DNA of 64,000 bases from Thermodesulfobacteriota bacterium (GTDB lineage Bacteria > Desulfobacterota > Desulfobacteria > Desulfobacterales > JARGFK01): NCBI GenBank assembly GCA_040757625.1, contig JBFLWU010000008.1, positions 7,865 through 71,864 on the forward strand. The letters run 5' to 3'. The notes under the pieces were generated by a model. That model saw only the letters and a list, made by a program, of their open reading frames with translations. It searched no databases and was not told where the DNA came from. Numbering within the stretch: position 1 is the first letter of the stretch; each line of letters starts with the position of its first letter. The translations under genes and the position numbers were made by a program. Shown one piece after another: positions 63,603-64,000 of this stretch.

Positions 63603-64000
63603 ATGGGTGAACCTGCGATTAAAACCGAAACCAAGACGTTTGACAAAGGCATCGAACAGGGCGCGGCCAAGCTGACCCCTGAAAAAATTGAACAGGTTAT
63701 CAACAAGGTTTTAAGCGGGGAGACCGGTGCGCGCCTTAAAACCTATGTGGATACTTGCGTGCATTGCGGCCTGTGTTCCGAAGCCTGTCATTTTTATCTT
63801 TCCCATGACAATGACCCCAGATTTTCACCTGCGGGCAAGGTCAAGCAGACCATTTGGGAAGTATTGAAAAAAAAGGGGAAAGTCTCGCCCGAATTTATTA
63901 AACGCGCCTGTGAAATCGCCTCGACCGAATGCAACCTATGCCGTCGCTGCGCCATGTACTGTCCCTTTGGAATCGATGTGGCCTACCTGATGCTGGTCAT
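63603..64000 (+). CDS. DsrK/HmeD/HdrD-like Fe-S oxidoreductase, N-terminal part (runs off the window)
   Basis: ATG 63603 behind aaggag. CVHCGLCSEACHF and CNLCRRCAMYCPFGIDV ferredoxin-like motifs. Not in the ORF track because it is truncated by the window end. Confidence 0.72.
   Translation, partial: MGEPAIKTETKTFDKGIEQGAAKLTPEKIEQVINKVLSGETGARLKTYVDTCVHCGLCSEACHFYLSHDNDPRFSPAGKVKQTIWEVLKKKGKVSPEFIKRACEIASTECNLCRRCAMYCPFGIDVAYLMLV

Noticed and set aside
1-64000. Mobile genetic element, prophage, defence island or CRISPR-Cas content.
   Set aside because: No integrase, transposase, recombinase, phage structural, restriction-modification, toxin-antitoxin or cas-like genes were recognised. The only repeats are short non-coding palindromic elements.

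Overview
This is a 64-kb chromosomal window from an anaerobe. The gene content points to a Desulfobacterota (Desulfobacterales-like) genome: Hdr/DsrMK-like redox modules, TunR-TupABC, an orp-like locus and many sigma-54 activators. That taxonomic call is inference only.

Gene order, left to right:
(1) A carbon-nitrogen hydrolase, aconitase, and a collinear heme cluster hemY-hemH-hemN-hemE on the minus strand. Each hem spacer carries a palindromic repeat element.
(2) Small membrane, methyltransferase and ABM genes.
(3) A tungsten-centred neighbourhood. It holds an AOR-family tungstoenzyme divergent from a tunR-like regulator plus tupABC, followed by methyltransferase, PaaI thioesterase, FmdE-like, isochorismatase-like and MBL-fold genes.
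(4) A sigma-54-controlled locus resembling the Desulfovibrio orange-protein (orp) cluster. It contains five NifX/NifB-like genes, two MinD-type ATPases with ferredoxin inserts, a NifU-like scaffold, Mrp/NBP35 and an FmdB zinc ribbon. A complete Ni-CODH gene (cooS) sits inside it, bracketed by two paralogous NifX-like genes about 82% identical.
(5) A second sigma-54 unit driving a large Hdr-like operon. Its genes are a Cys-less TusA-like protein, an HdrA-GltD fusion (HdrL-type), MvhD, an FrhB-like protein, a selenocysteine-containing HdrD-like protein, a double HdrA carrying an embedded CheY-like receiver domain, HdrC, HdrB, a kinase with a heme-c sensor, and a REC-kinase.
(6) A DUF134 gene, two DUF5320 genes and a small His-rich protein.
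(7) A paralogous kinase, then Rrf2, an SQR-like flavoprotein and DUF1641, then a REC-PAS-PAS-kinase.
(8) A sigma-54-type promoter with a small anchored protein, a 10-blade PD40-like repeat protein, and a DsrMK-like module that runs off the window.

I saw no rRNA, tRNA, CRISPR array, transposase or integrase.

Most interesting observations:
- the receiver domain inside HdrA
- the size and composition of the Hdr supercluster
- the in-frame UGA (Sec) in a CCG domain
- cooS embedded in an orp-like metallocluster-handling locus
- a Cys4 PAS module that recurs in the regulators
- at least three families of palindromic intergenic repeats, one of which creates a false N-terminus for acnA

All family assignments come from motif recognition by eye. 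No database search was run.
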